Part shown: positions 37,301 to 52,456 of the stretch, piece after piece
How the letters are laid out: each line of letters begins with the position of its first letter
How positions within the stretch are numbered: position 1 is the first letter of the stretch
Origin: Calcarisporiella thermophila CBS 279.70
Taxonomy: Eukaryota; Fungi; Calcarisporiellomycota
Reading direction: 5' to 3'
Assembly (NCBI RefSeq): GCF_041956535.1
Contig: NW_027192222.1
Location: 62,001-126,000 of the forward strand
DNA: 64,000 nt
The notes under the pieces: generated by a model
Seen by the model: the letters and a program-made list of their open reading frames with translations, nothing else
What the model was told of the DNA's origin: nothing
The model's database searches: none
Program-made: the position numbers and the translations under genes

Positions 37301-38101
37301 AATCAAAACTGAAAAATATTAGAAATTGGAAAAAGGTATTTGAAGTGGTTGGATGATACTAAATTTTCTCAATAATTACAGTGTTTCTATTTGAATTGTC
37401 GAAAAACATTTAGTTTTATAGCAAAGGTTCGAAGAAAATGTACCTTGTAAAATAGAATCGCTGTGTTTTCTAGTACTTTTAATGAAAAGAACTTAGAGAT
37501 TTTATATTATCCAGCACTCATCAATAGTTGTATTAATTTTGCAATCGTTGTTTTCTTCGAATAGACTGCAGATTTTGTCAGCAGTCCACGCTTCACGATG
37601 AAGCGACTGATTTATTGGATAAAATGAGCTGATTCAAAGAGTAAAACAAACAATCCACAGACAAATATTAGAATAAATCTTTATTGTTGAAGATAAATGT
37701 TCAAAACCATAAGAAGAATTCTCTCAAAATGATGTCTCCTTGGCCGTTTTGAGCTAGTTGCTTCCGTTTAAGATGGATCACTAAACTGAAAATTTCCATT
37801 GTGAATCAGAGAGCGGCTCCAAAAAGGAGCTGCAAGATGCACCACTCCAGATAATTGAATTGTATAATATACTATTCATTTATCTGGGCCAATCAAATAT
37901 CGTAACTCTTATATCCTTATATATTTTTTGTCTGATTCTTTTGGAATCTCTTATATGATGTTGGCTATTTTTGAAGAAAATGATGAGATTTGAAATATTG
38001 AGGAATTAGGGCCATATATGGGAAACCTATCCATTCAAGCAAATGAGCCACATTCTTTGTACTTTTTATTGAAGCCTATCTAAGTAGATACGAATTCGAT
38101 A

Positions 38102-38899
38102 ATGAGGATTATCGGCCTTACGGGCGGCATAGCCACGGGGAAAAGCACTGTATCCCGTGCTTTTCGGTCTCTCAGCATTCCTGTCATAGATGCAGATCTC
38201 ATAGCACATCAAATTATGGAGCCAGGTCAACCTGGATATCGTGACATCCTTCGTCATTTCGGAACATCAATACTTCATCCAGACGGACGCATCGATCGCG
38301 AAAAATTAGGTGCTATAATTTTCGCTGATGCTGAGCAGCGTAAAGTGCTAAACAAGTGTACACATCCGCATGTCAGAAGAGAAATTTGGAAAAAAATATT
38401 TTGGTACTGGTTTGTGGGGGAAAGATTAATAGTGCTAGATGTTCCTCTCCTTATTGAAAGCGGAATGCACAAATTTGTGAGCGCAGTGGTAGTAGTCTTC
38501 TGGTGAGATTATCGCTTCTCTTTGACTGCATTTTTTTTTCCTTGATATTCTCCCAGCTTGGCATTGCGGTCTTATAATTTATTCTATAGCTCTGAAAAAT
38601 TACAGCTCTCTCGCCTGATGGCACGCGACAACTCTACAGAACAACAGGCGAAACAACGTATTCGCGCACAGATGCCTCTCTCAGAAAAATGCAGATACGC
38701 GAACCATATCATCGACAATTCCGGAAGCAAGGCGGAGACAGAGAGGCAAGTTCGCAATCTTGTGGAGAAGCTGCAACCAAACGTAGTAGTATGGCTATTA
38801 AGATGGGCTGGACCTGTAGTACTTTTGGCTTGCACAGCTGGGTTAACCATCTGGTTGTCGCGTGGGGGATATCATCAGTTACTAGAGTTACGGCAATAA
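38102..38899 (+). CDS. CAB5: Dephospho-CoA kinase
   Basis: IGLTGGIATGKSTV, IDAD.IA, IDREKLG.IIF, LDVPLL.E, RL..RD..A..RI.AQM, C-terminal TM segment. Confidence 0.95.
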
Positions 38900-39083
38900 T
38901 CCGTATTATTGGTATTTCTGATTTCTTAATTTATTCAACTAGACTTCTAACATCAGACAGCAACTTGTGGAATAAAATAAAAACAAAGACTTCAAAAACA
39001 AATTTTTAAAGTATGAAAGAGAATATATATTTTATATAATAATGTGCAGCGATAAAATCGAATAGTGTATGTTAATAATCTGC

Positions 39084-41488
39084 TCACACCTTTCTTAATC
39101 TGGCCTCTTTCTTTTTCGTCCAAACATCTTTCAACACCTGTTTGATCCTTGCTTCTCCTTCTGTGAAATTTGCTACCGCAGTACGCACAAGTTGGTCAAT
39201 TTGCTCGGGTGTCCATACAAGATTGTACTATAAAGATGGCATGCATTAAAATGTGTTCAAATTATAGTGATCCCTTGTCTTACTTACAGTGCTGCAGAAA
39301 GGCGCCTTACAAGGGTCAAACGTCGAGTCAACCTTATTTGGATAGAGAGCCATATACAGTAAATGAAAATCGTTCGTTGCTTGAGGAACGTTGTGTTCTC
39401 CCAAATTTGGCGTGTTTCCGCGAAGGGGAGGATTAATGGCTTGTCCATAGTAGACTTCACAATACCGACCTGTGAAACGCCGTGCGACCATATCAGGTGT
39501 ACGGTCGAAAACTGGACGGATATCCCAATAATCTGGATCATGCTGGGCTCCAGCCTGAGCCTCGGTACTTTCAGACTTTGACTCAGCCGTATGTGATGTA
39601 GTAGTGTTTTGAGGAATGTCGAGAATAGGGTTTCCGTGTTCATCCAGCTTTGTCCATTTAATCCCTTTTCTTGTGCTGAAACTGACGTAGCGTTCCAAGA
39701 AGTCACCGCATTCCACATCACTGCTCGCATCCACTGCGAGCACCACGTCTACTGGTCTCGCCGGATGTGTCATTGGATATAGTGGCAAATTATTGTCGAA
39801 ACCCGCATCCAGTAGCTGGATAAGCTGAGTTGTGTATATACCGGGTGGATTTGGAGGAGGGTCGATCTGGAAGAGCGGGTTGGGATTGCTGGGTGGAGTA
39901 ATTGGATGATGTGATTCAAATATCTCCACTCCATCTTCGCCCCAGGCTTCCGCAACCTCATCCGCGACTTTCCTAAGGATATTCCCGAAGAAGCCCTCGG
40001 GTAAATTGCGCTGTAACGTCCCAATATAAGCACTCAAAGGTGCAGCAGGAGCACTGCCCCATGCCCCCATCATGGCCCCGATGTCTTGCTCTGGGAGCAG
40101 CTCTGTGCTCTCGCCCTGCACAAAATGTCGTCCCCATCCCCAAGTGGGAATCCAGGCCTGCAGCTCATCGCACCCAATTTCATATGGTGTGAATTCGAAC
40201 CATTGAAACCATGCGTCCTCTGCCTCCATTTCTTCCTTGCGATTTGCGGGCTGGCCTACCCCGAATGGTGCATGTGGATCGACCCAATACTTCCAAGGTC
40301 GCTCATGTCGCACCGCCGTATATATCGGTAGGGGATGCGATCCATCCTCTGTCAAAATAATTAGTTCCGTCAAGTTCAATTATTTTTAAATCAATCTCTA
40401 TTTCAAGCATACCAAAAAGTTTTCGTTGATTAGAAAGCTTCCAATGGCTTGGAATTAATCGCTTTTGCCGAGTGAGCATTAGCCGTCCCCCAATAAGCGC
40501 ACCATACATGTCCATGCTGACTACCGGCACATTCAAGAGCTTCTTAACTTCAAGCCCTCCAAGCATTAGTTGCGCCGCGCCTTGAGTGAGAAGCACTTCA
40601 AAAAGCGCTGCTGGTGCAGCTGGGTGCAGGTGACAACGTCGTTTAATGTGTTCAATGAGTTCAACGGGATCCCCCTCTGCAACGGTATAGTAACATGCAA
40701 GGGCCCATGTTGATCCTAGGTAGAAGATAGTGTCATTTCGACGATAAACTATCAGTTCAAATTCAGAAAGCTACCAGAGACACCAGATAGATAAGAGCAT
40801 AAATCGAGTAGACCTGACTTTTTCATTGCCATCAGGTAGGCTGCTGAAGTTATCATGGCGCGATATCCACCTCCACTATATAGCCAGGGATAAAAGGGAA
40901 TCCAAGCTCAGTCACCTGATAGTGTCAAATTTGCGTAAGTTTATGCAACCTTCCTCCGAACGCAATAACAGGTAAATCTTCCTCGGAGACCTCCTCTTCG
41001 CTCACATCAATGTACTTAGCAAATGCCTTCCTTACGTGTTGAAGTCTTTTCCTCAAGAACTCAGCCTCAGCCGCACACAGCTTATTCCCTCGTCTAACGT
41101 GTGCCTTTTGCCTTACTTCAGGGTGCAGTAAAGGATCTCCGATATCATCCACAGATACGCGTTCGAGCTCGAAGAGAACGTGGAAATAGTCACGCACTGA
41201 CTTTGGAATATGTTCCATAAAGAATTGACGCGGATTTTTAAAGAAGCTAGAATGTTCATGCTTGGGTTCATCAGAGTGACTGATGTATTCTGTGGCTTCG
41301 GTTCCAATTTCCTTTTCATGTCCTTGTTCATGTTGATGGGGCTCTGGTTGCTTAGAATGACGATACTCTTCAACGCGCTTGGCTAGCTCATTCATGTAAG
41401 AGGTGCTGAGCGGGGCGGGCTGGCTCTGGAATTGCTGTTTAGCTACTTGAGAGTCGTATTCCTTTTGCCTTACCCGATAGTTGTCCAT
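39084..41488 (-). CDS. Lysophospholipase / cPLA2-family (PLA2c) protein
   Basis: GGSGGGYRAM, GVSGSTW nucleophile motif across introns, PLPIYTAVRHERPW, WFEFTPYE, LDAG.DNNLP. Confidence 0.92.
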
Positions 41489-42180
41489 GGTGGTAGGGGC
41501 GCTGGAGTCAAGAGAGGCGGTTATATTGAATGGAGTTAGCGAGGAATTGCTTAAGTGACGCGACAGAAAAACAGTCCATCGAAAAGAATAAGCTAAGGCT
41601 ATAAATACCGGCTCTGCCTGTCGAACAAAAAATTTTCTACCCCGCACGTGCACCATATTGTTAAGAAGCGTTTTAATTAATTTTGTTTTTGATTTTTCAA
41701 TCTGGCTCCACCTCCTGTGCTTGGCTATCGAACATGAGATTAGCGAATGAGCTCCCGACTTACAGAGGATAGGGGATTTACAATGTGTTCAACTGACACA
41801 TTATCGCTTATTTTCCTATGTTCTATAAACTCTAACCTAACCTCAATGTTAATACATTCTTGATCAAACGTAACTTCTCATATCGAATTTTTTACTCCAC
41901 CTTGTTATAGCCCAAACTTGCATCTTTAGTTTCTTGATACCCATCGCTGTTCATGAGAAATTCGCTCGCTCTTTCTGAACTACGCTACTCTTTTCCTAAT
42001 TCGACAATCCCCGATACTCTAACTTGTCCTAACTCCAGCTTCCAGTCCAGCTCCTGATATTCGCCACTTCTCATCTAGTACAAGATTAACATAATTGGGA
42101 ATACAATCTATTTCTGTTTTCTGATATATATCTTAGGCTGTGGGTTCATTCCCGGCCTCAAGTGATTCTATCTTGTTAAA

Positions 42181-45100
42181 ATGTTGTTGTGGGAGCGATT
42201 TTTGCTTCTTTTCCTATTATTATTTCCGGGTTTTACCTATGCTGACAATGGATTCACTCACTGCTACGGCGTTTCGGTATACATGACCATTTACAATGTC
42301 ACGCAATCATATCTTCCGAATGCCAATGCCATCAATTTAACGGTTTTGGGAGCAACCTCCCAGGAGGTCCCTATGCAGATTGAAAACAGTAAGCCACCAT
42401 AATGACAAATCTATTGGATTAGGCGAATTTTAACATAGTCTACTACTCATTTTTCAGCTCTAGCAACTGGTTTTCCGCAAGCGTCCATTTTAAATTGGTT
42501 ATATTATAATGAGCCAAAAAATCTATGCACAATGGTGGATGGGGGATGCCCCATCAGGCCAGGAAATGTTACAATTAGGATGGTAATAACTGCTTTTGAT
42601 TTGTTCTTTTTTTTTTCTTTAACTGATCGTAATATCTACACTGTAATAGACTATTCCTTTGCCTGGCAATAATATCCCGATCGGAGATGTTACGACCAAG
42701 TTTTCTGCCCGAGATCCAACAGGCACAACATTTACCTGTCTTCAGGGCGACCCTATCCCGTTCCATCATAGCACATGGCAGTTAGTGTTCACGTGGACAT
42801 CCGTCGCCATCACGCTCTTTTCTTCAATGGCTACAGTAATGCCGGGACTAGTGCATGGCCAACTTTCGGGCGATGTGTTCATTTACACAAGCAATTATGC
42901 CATGGAGTCGAAAATTTTGCGTGCGAAGACACCAGGTTTGACGGATCTATTCTTCTACGCACAATTTTTATTAGCCAGTGGCCAGTTGAATTTGAGCTAC
43001 CCGAAATACTATCAATATTTCGTCGCAGATTTCTCCTGGGCCGGCCTCTTTTTGAACACAGACTGGCTAATGAATATCGCGCGGAGCACCTATACTGGCG
43101 GCTCGTCCAAAGAGAGCTTCTCTGCACCCCCACCACCGACGAATAATGCCATTTCGCCAGCGCCTTCAGGTGTGGCTGGCACACGGTCGTTGAAGGTGTC
43201 TGCCCCTACCCCCAGATCCCTCTCTTCATCTCCACTTCAAGAACCTCAGATTTTTCGGCGCCAGGCATCTTCTCCTAGTATGTTGCCTCCAGAGATAAAC
43301 CCGAAATCGGCGGATTCTGCGGCCTCATTCAATATCTCAGATACTGGGCTAGGTCGCTTCGCCTCCATTACGGGAATCGACCCATCTGCGCTTTTCCTAA
43401 CGGTGCTGATCTGGTTCTGTATTATCTTTGGAGTTATCTTCGCAATACATCTGCTGATTTGGGTTGCCTCGGAATTACTTGCGTGCCAATTTCCTTATCG
43501 TTTCGGTGGAGCAAGACCCAAGATCATTAATTTCGCCATTGGTAGGGAAATACATTTACGTATATGTGTTTGTTTCCGTGGGAATTGAATTCATGCTTGT
43601 ATCTGTCTTTATATGCTAGGCAATATGCTGCGTTTGCTCTGGATCTTCTATCTGCCTCTCCTTTCTGCCAGTTTTTTCCAACTGATGTCGCCCTCAGTTT
43701 GGTATTTGGACATGATTGCGGCACTTATGATCGTTTTTCCGCTGATTGGCCTAATGGCATACGTTTCATATCTAATCCTACGTGTGCGACCGCCTTCGAT
43801 GCTCTTCGACGATTTTGGAATTCTCCTGCGCCTCGGTCCTCTGTACAACATGTTCACAGACGAGACTTTCCAATTTTTTTTAGCAATGCTGCTCTATCGC
43901 TTCCTTTACGGAGCCATCATTGGACTCACCCCCAGCAGTCGTGAATCTGGAACGGCCCAAATAGTGGTGCTGTGTGCGATAGAACTCGCCTATTTGGTGG
44001 GACTCTTCCTCAAGCGGCCCTATGCCGACAACGATGTCACGAACTTTCACATCTTTTTCTCCATTCTGCGCACGACCATCATGTGCTTCTCTCTGGTGTA
44101 CATCGAGGCCTTCAGAGTAAGCGAAGTTAGCAAGCAGTGGATAGGCTATATACAGATTCTTCTGCATTGCATTGCTTATCTCGTCTTCTTTGTGTCGTCT
44201 TCGTTGACGTTGTTTGCGTTGGTCTTTGGATATGACGGCGATGTAACAGAATCCCTGGGTGCGCGACTATGGAAGGCTCGACTAAGGCAAAGCCGACAGG
44301 GTGGCGATGTAGGAATGGATACCATGGCTGCGGGCGATCCTAGAGTGGAAGGGTTTGGGAGCCCGAGTGACGGCTACGGGAGTCCCACACTCATTCCGCT
44401 GGATGAGCACAAAGGGTTGGAGATGGAGATGGAGAATGTCACCAACGTGCCCCAGCTTCCGCACATAGAGACGACCAAGCGACCGTATAGCCAGCAGCAG
44501 CTCTATGACGAGTATTTGTCTCCTGAAGCTGCTATGGTGAGCTCTGCCTCCGTTGGGAACGGAAAAGATTCCCCACACGATACAAGCCCCGTGTTATCCT
44601 ATGTAAGTGGCTCGAACCGGCCTGTCTCGACGGTGTCTTCCTCGATCGGTGATGAGCCCCCTCCAGAGCAACCCAGCTTCTACCGACATTCCAGGCGAAG
44701 CATGCGTAAGAAGAAGGCGCTAATGTCGAGACCGCTGCGATCACCGCAGCCGCTGGAGTCGCTTGAAGAGCCCCAGCGGGGGTACGAGGAGGAGGAGGCG
44801 GGGGAAGAGGGGGACGAGCGGGAGGAGGATCGCGACTACGCTAGAGGCTACGCTTATACTCCGAATGTCACGGATTCTCCCGTGTCGGGACAGCTGAGTG
44901 TGAATCAAAATTTGACCGGAACGACATGCCCAATCTGTGGTGCGGCCGGCTTTTGCGGATGCAATAGTTCGCGAGATGAGGTGAGCGAGCGTTCATCACG
45001 TGTAGATTACCGGCACGAGCACGAGGTTCATCGCCCGATACCTTATTCCAGCACTTCACACTTCTACCATCGTGGCGCAGAGCAACCTTATTTTCACCGC

Positions 45101-45331
45101 GAGCATATCCAAGCCCCTCCGGGAGGAGGCGGAGGTGAAGGTTTCGGCTTGGGCTCGCCCTCACCTGACCCTGAGCATCCCTTGGCGAGAAGGGGGGTGG
45201 CCTACTCAGTGGACCGCGAGTCGCAGGGTCATGGTGGGGACCATGGCAGGCGTGGTGCGCCGGGCGAGGGCGAGGGCGAGGGGGAAGCCGAGCAGCCGCC
45301 CTCTGTACCACCGCATCGGTATTTTGATTGA
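42181..45331 (+). CDS. FLC/Pkd2-like fungal TRP-family membrane protein with ML-like N-terminal domain
   Basis: Signal peptide, C......CPI.PG ML-like region, PG..D...Y.QF...G.LNL.YP, GPLYN, multi-TM body, long disordered tail. Confidence 0.88.
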
Positions 45332-45864
45332 CAGATGACGAGGCCAAAACAATAACTCTGTTATAATTTACAATAAGGATTTTCCCCCTCTATTTATGGT
45401 CGATTAGTAGTTTTCTTTTATTCTAATTGTTTTCTTATCTTTCTTGGTACTCCTCCCCTCCGAACCCTACCCCATTCCTATTTTCCCACCTCCACCATTA
45501 CAAATCCGTTCTAATTTTCCTGGTTTGCGCCTTTGTTCTATTATGTTCTATTTTCCCCTTGTGTACTGGATATTCTCTTGGACATTTGAAAAATAATCAT
45601 GGAAAATTTTCCGTGAATTAAGCTCAGTTTTTAAAGCGAGAAACCTTAACGTCATGCTCTCCACCCGTATTCGCGGCGTGAAAGGGTAGCACAGAGTCAC
45701 ACTAATTATTATTTCTCCACGCGGTTTTCTCACACCTGAAAAAAGAAAACACTGCAAAGCATTTTTTCCCCCTCGCGGATATAATATCGCTCTTGCGACC
45801 CAGTCGAAGAATCCATTTTCACTAGCACATCCCTTCTGATTCTCCTCCTTTTCCATATCACATC

Positions 45865-47616
45865 ATGCCGGAATTCGTTGGTGCCATCGATCAGGGAACC
45901 ACCTCCTCCCGCTTCCTCATCTTCAGCAACCGCGGCGAGCTGGTCGCCTCCCATCAGCTGGAGTTTGCACAGCACTACCCTCATCCCGGGTAAGCTTCCC
46001 TCTGACAAATAGATTTATATATACTTAGGCCTCAGTTTTGTTGTTTGATTCGATACTTACTATGTGGTTTGGGCGATTAGATGGGTAGAGCACAATCCCG
46101 AAGATATTATGGAGTCGGTGAGAGAGTGCATTCGAGTCGCCATGGAAAAATTTGAAGCATTAGGTCATAGCAAATCCGATATTCGAGGTGCGCGCCCCTT
46201 CTACCCCGATTTTTACTCGCAATCGGCTTAATTTTTTTTTGCATCTAACTAGGAGTCGGCATCACAAACCAACGTGAGACTACTGTTGCATGGGATGCCG
46301 AGACAGGAGAGGCTCTTTACAATGCCATTGTATGGTGTGACACACGTACCCTCGAAACCGTTCACGAGCTTGCAGGGCGCTCCGATAAAGGCGCAAAGGC
46401 CCTGCAAAATGTTTGTGGACTTCCCTTGACAACCTACTTCTCCGGAGTCAAGGTGAAATGGATGCTTGACAATGTCCCCGCCGTTAAGGAAGCTTTGGAA
46501 TCCGGCCGGTTGCGCGTTGGCACCATCGATTCCTGGCTGATTTATAAGCTGACAGGCGGAAAAGAGGGGGGCGTGTTGGTGACGGATGTGACGAACGCCA
46601 GCCGCACTATGTTCATGGATATCCGAAAGTTGGAGTGGAGCGAGGAATGTTGCGAATTCTTTGGAATCACCCCCAGCGTCCTCCCCAAGATTGCCACTTC
46701 CTCTGAAGTGTATGGCAGGTTCGTAAGTGGCCCGCTGGAGGGCACGCCGATTGCGGGATGCCTCGGCGATCAGCAAGCCGCTCTTGTTGGGCAAAAATGC
46801 TTCCAAGCTGGCGATGCTAAAAACACCTACGGCACAGGGTGCTTCATGCTGTTCAATACCGGCACAGAGCCCGTCCTCTCGACCCATGGCCTGCTCACCA
46901 CTGTTGCCTACCAGTTCGCTGGCTCGGAGCCCCACTATGCCCTGGAAGGATCCGTCGCTGTCGCTGGATCGGCAGTCAAGTGGGTGCGCGACAATCTCGG
47001 CCTCATCAAGGAGGCCCACGAGATTGGCGAGCTCGCAACCAAAGTCCCCAACACAGGAGGCGTCTACTTCGTCACCGCTTTCTCCGGCCTCTTTGCTCCC
47101 TATTGGAGAGACGACGCAAGAGGTGTGCTGGTTGGGCTGACTCAGTATACCAACAAGTACCACATTGCACGCGCAACCCTTGAGGCTGTGTGCTTCCAGA
47201 CCCGGGCTATCCTCGATGCTATGAACCTTGACTCCGGAAAAGAGCTCACCGGTCTCAAGGTTGATGGTGGCATGACCAATTCGGATGTATGCATGCAGTT
47301 GCAAGCTGATATTTTGGGAATTGAAGTTGGTAAGTAGCGCTTAGTTCATCGCCACCCTCTTAGCTTGTGCTTAATATTTGTATTTTTTTTTTTTTTCGTT
47401 TGAAATTTAGACCGACCCGAGATGAGGGAAACCACAGCCCTTGGAGCTGCCTTTGCGGCTGGTATTGCAACTGGAGTTTGGAAATCACTCTCCGAGCTCA
47501 CCAGCATCAACACAGAAGGGCAGACCCTCTTCAAACCCCAAATCTCTGGGGAAGAGCGCGAAGCCAAATACAAGGATTGGCAACGTGCGGTGGAAAAAAG
47601 TCTTAACTGGGTTTAA
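45865..47616 (+). CDS. GUT1: Glycerol kinase
   Basis: [65 protein letters not shown]. Confidence 0.97.
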
Positions 47617-47664
47617 TATAGAAGTTCGAAAGGGACTTATTTTTTCTGTAATTTATTTTAACGT

Positions 47665-48786
47665 TTATTTTAATAAATTTGGGTTTTCGTTCCAAAATGA
47701 GTCCCCTATGATATCGCAGTGAAGCACGGTCAGGACTTTTTTGCGCCGGATGGCAGGCTCGCCCGTTTTCGAATTCACCACTGGAATATCGGTCTGCAAA
47801 TAGAGAGATTAGCCACGGTGCAGGGTAACGAGGTGGAAGATGAGGCGAGGTGTCTTGGGATATACTTGCTTCTTTACGGACTAGTACCGACCCTTTCCGA
47901 TACATCGGATCAATATTGTTATAGTTGATGTTAAAGGTTGAGAAGAGGAGCTCGTTCTTCTGCGAGGATATCGTCCCCTTTCAATAGTGCATAGAGATTA
48001 GTGGGGAGGCTTCCTCCTCTTTTTGGCAGACTCAGATAAGACGTACCCTTAATGTCTGCTCTGCTTCAGATTCCGTCTTTCCTGAGTGCACCAATGCCCA
48101 AAAGCATGTGTTATATAGGTTGTTTATATGACCTAAAGCAGAAGAGAGATATCTTGCTTAGACGAGCACCACATCTGGGGAGGAAAGAGCCCACACTACT
48201 TACAGTCTGCCTGCCGCCAGCTCAAATAGTCTCGGAGGATTGAATCACTAGGATAACATATTACTCTAGAATCAAAACAGGGCGGATATTGAAGGGTTTC
48301 GTCGGGGAAAAAGTTCTTCCACCAGAATACGTAGTTCGATGCAAACTGAGAGACGATGGTAGATGAAATTTTGCTAGATCGGCGATCATATAACTGCGAT
48401 GTTTTTCGGAGGACAAAACTAAATTTCACATTCATCCACCCAGTTTATCTTAGCTTTTAGAAGTAGAATTTAACGCTCTCAAGAAAGTCACCTGTATTCA
48501 TCACTCTCTCCATACGCCAGTATGATATCTTTGACATCCTCCATCACTGCTTCAGCACAGCGATTCATTAAATCGAGAGCGCGCCTGTCATTTGGCTTTT
48601 GAAAGCAATGGTCGGCCGAGAATCTACATTGAGTTGCAGGGTTGATCATCCTCACCAAGAATTCATAGGATAAAGAAATTACTTGTGAAAGCCTCGGCCA
48701 TCAATCCGCACCACCAGCCACGTATTGGGAAGGAGGCGGTCTTCTAGCTCAAAGTCTTTGACATATTCATATTTTGACTTCGCCAT
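47665..48786 (-). CDS. THG1: tRNA(His) guanylyltransferase
   Basis: [37 protein letters not shown]...[16 protein letters not shown]...FW. Confidence 0.96.
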
Positions 48787-49605
48787 AACTTCGACGCACC
48801 GCGATAATAGTAGAAAGCAACCAGTGTGACTTCATTTTCGAATGAATTGACAACTTGCATAAATATTTTCCAGGTTAAATCGTGTCAAATCCGGTTGATA
48901 TTCCACTTTTCTTCGTATAAAATCCCATTAATCTAACAAAGCCAAGAGTCTTTTGTTGTGTATCTTATACCAAATATAGTCCTTCAAAGTAGCTAGCTAG
49001 TAAGAATATTGTGTTTGAAAATTTGAATATTTGCTATGCTTTATCCACAAATCGCTTTTTTATAGCTGGGTTTACAATATCTAAGTCAGTCTACTCACAC
49101 TGAATCGGAATGAAGTTGTAATTCAACATTAAAAAACCTGATTAAGGTTGAACCAGCTTTATCTACACTAAACTTCACTTTACTAACTGCGTAGTTAGTC
49201 TCTTCCTCCCACTCCAATATCATATCAATGGTTATACTTTTTCTCATTATTACTTAAGCCAGAGACACTATTCCATTCTGAAAATATAATAGAATGGAGG
49301 CTTGGCAATGCTAATTTATAATAATCTTTTTTTCATTTCGATATCGATTGTTCCATCCTATCCGAAGATTCAAAGTTGTAATTATACCAGGTATGTCTAG
49401 ATTTTCCTCCTTCAAACGAGTCGGTGGTTGTAATGATAATACCTTGTTTTCTAACTTTTAAACCAGCTTCTTACTATATTATACAGAAAGGTTCACTTTT
49501 GGTTGCACGGCACTTACATTTAGTTACTTGCTTCATGTGTATATATAGTCGCCGTGGCCAACTCTGAGAACATCCCTTTAACTCATCGCTATTTTCCTCT
49601 CTTTT

Positions 49606-52456
49606 ATGGACTCTAATACATTGTCACAAATAAATATTTGGAGGCATAATAGCGGAAATTGCCCTTTTGTCGACATTGGAACTGAACGATATAAATTATG
49701 GGAAAAAAGCATTGACTCTGTTGTACGTCAAATAGAAGAGAATACTGAGATATAGTTGATTCTCTAGATCATAATGCGAATGGATTTCGTGTTTCGGTTT
49801 TCACTGGTCAATGACTATATATACACTATATATATATTGGGTTCTTAACTGAATTGCGCTTAGAATGCGGTATCCAATGTTTTTTTGCCTCAAATATGCC
49901 AAAAGCACATCTGCGGTGGACTATCCCGAAGTCTTCAAAAAACTGGATGAAGTGGTCCGGGAAGAAGGCAAGAAAATTAAAATCATCGCATTGTGTGGGG
50001 AAGGTGGAGCCGGGAAATCACATGCGGCCGTAGAGTTTTGCTACCGTGTAAAAGAGGATTATAAATTTATATTTTGGATGGATGCGTCTACGGAAACAGT
50101 CTTGCAGAATAGTTTCAAAAAAGCAGCAAAGTCACTAGGTCTTTTACCCTCTTCCACAGATTCCACGACTACCGTGCTCCGAATGAAATTATGATTGCAG
50201 AAAAATGCAGGATGGTTGCTTATTTTCGACAATGCTGATGATTTTTCCCTAGGTAAAGGGGTCAAAAACTATCTTCAGGACAACTATTTTCCGAAAGAAG
50301 GGCATGGTATCATACTGATAACCACCCGGCAAGGCAAGCTAGGAGTGAACGTAATATCCATTGATTTAGATGATTTGGAAAATCAAATGGATGATACTGC
50401 TGCACTAGAATTGCTACTCAGGAAGGAAGCGAGTGCTGCCGACTATCCTGCAGCAATAAGTCTCGTAAGAGATCTGGAACATCTACCGCTTGCACTCGAC
50501 ATAACCGGGCGATATATACTGTAATATGGAATATCCCTTGAAGTATTCCTAAATCTCCGTAAGAAAGGTGTGGAAGACCTGTGCAGACTCAGTCACCTAT
50601 TCCCCAACGAGCTTCGGGAGCTAATTAAAACTTCATCTGGGAAAACGTTCTTATTCCTATGGAGGGACATGCTAAATCGTTTTAGATACGAATGTAATTT
50701 CAGCGATGCGATGGCTGTGAATTTCATTCAAACCATCGCATTACTCCATCCCGAAACCCTACCACTAGACTTTTTATATGATCAGATTAAGACAATTTTT
50801 GGGAACACTAGTGGTGATTGCTTTTATGTTGACAACTATACACTTAAGAAATACTTAGACACGACTATCGAAAAATTCCAAAGCCTCTCGTTTATTACAT
50901 TATCAAAGTCGGGTAGTACCACCAGTGATTGTTCGAAAGAGGCATTGCGCATTCAACGACTAGTCCAACAGGTAGTTATATTAAGTATGGGCCCATAGGA
51001 GAAACTCCAGCGGTGTGAAAAGCTCATCAACGCTTTGAATAAACAAATTCAGATAGATCATGGCCCAGATAAGGTTGATCCAAGAGATTTTGAAATTTAC
51101 ATTCCTCACGTTCAGAATTTGGCCCTACAATTCGAGAGATGCATGCAAGATGAGAAGCTCAAAGAAGCCAATGGATATGGCGGTTCGTTCGAGCTTGGAT
51201 TATTGCTTTCGCCCACCGTGAAAGCCCTTACTAGAAAAAGGCAATTCAAGGAAGCTGAGGAACTCGCTAAGTTTGCTCTATTGAATTCAAAAATGGTATA
51301 TGGTGTAGGGCATATAGCTACAGCAAAGGCAGAGAGCGATCTCTTTTATCTATTTTCAATGAAGAGGGATTTTGTTGCGGCATGTCCCCATGGAGAAGTA
51401 GCACTTGTGACTCGTAAGGTGTTTCTGAGCCACAATGACAGACGAACTCGCTCTTCTCTTCACTATCTTGCGTTTGTCTACACCCAAATTGGCAAGCTCG
51501 AAAAAGAGGTGGAAATTTACAAAGAGTTTGCTAGAGCATGCGAATACACTGCCATGGAAGCGTTGAGCTTCACCTACGATCATTTTCTATCCCATAAAGA
51601 GGTGGACAGTTGGTTGCACAGATGGAGGGGTCAACAAAAGAAAGGAATCATTTTCGAGTATGGCAGGATGGATCGAACCCCTCTACATCAAGCCATCCAA
51701 GATAATGACTTCGATATAATAAATAGCCTCACCGACTATTTTAAAGAATTTGCAAACGCACCTGATAAAGATGGTTTAACACCAATCCATTATGCATCGA
51801 TTGGAGGGAAGATTGAGATAGTTAACCTTGTTTTAAAATTAGGAGGGAGCGCAGAAGCCGTTGATAAATTTATGGGGACGCCTATGCATTCAGCTGCGAT
51901 GAAGGGTCATGATGAGATGGTGGAGTTCTGGGCGAGAAACAAAGCCAATGTGAATGCTAGGAACAAGGACGGATATACCCCTTTGCATTGTGCTACAAAA
52001 AGTGAACATATCCAGGATGCAAAGAAGCTAATAGAGAACAATGCCGATGTGAATGCCAAGAACGATAGTGGATGGACCCCGTTGCACTTTTCAACCGAAT
52101 CTTGTTCTGAAGAGTTGATGAGGCTGTTTTTAGAGAATGGTGCAGAAGTGGATGCGAAACACTTTGAAGACAAGACGGCGCTGCACTATGCAGCGTCAAA
52201 ACCAAATGCTCCAATAGTGAAGCTGTTAGTGGAGAATGGTGCTGATGTGAATATACAAGACTACAAGGGACGGACGCCGTTGCATTTTGCCACATCGAAA
52301 GGAAACAGCGAGGTGGTTCAGTTGCTCTTGGAAAATGGAGCAAATCTATATGTTGAGGATGATGTTGGATATCGACCGATAGAAATCGCTAAGGTGCGTG
52401 GAATTTACAAGATAAATCAAAAGTACGTCTATGAATCGACTGATGCCTTTCATTAA
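49606..52456 (+). pseudogene. NB-ARC-TPR-ankyrin NLR-like pseudogene (copy 1)
   Basis: Walker A GEGGAGKS, WLLIFDNAD, ILITTR, LPLAL, ankyrin repeats; lesions: donor GT>AT at 49750, extra T at 49880-49886, stops at 50192, 50522 and 50996. Confidence 0.88.

Noticed and set aside
46249-47304. 351-aa antisense ORF in glycerol kinase and similar shadow ORFs in MFS, GT49 and FLC
   Set aside because: Expected by-products of GC-rich codon usage on the opposite strand; no motifs.
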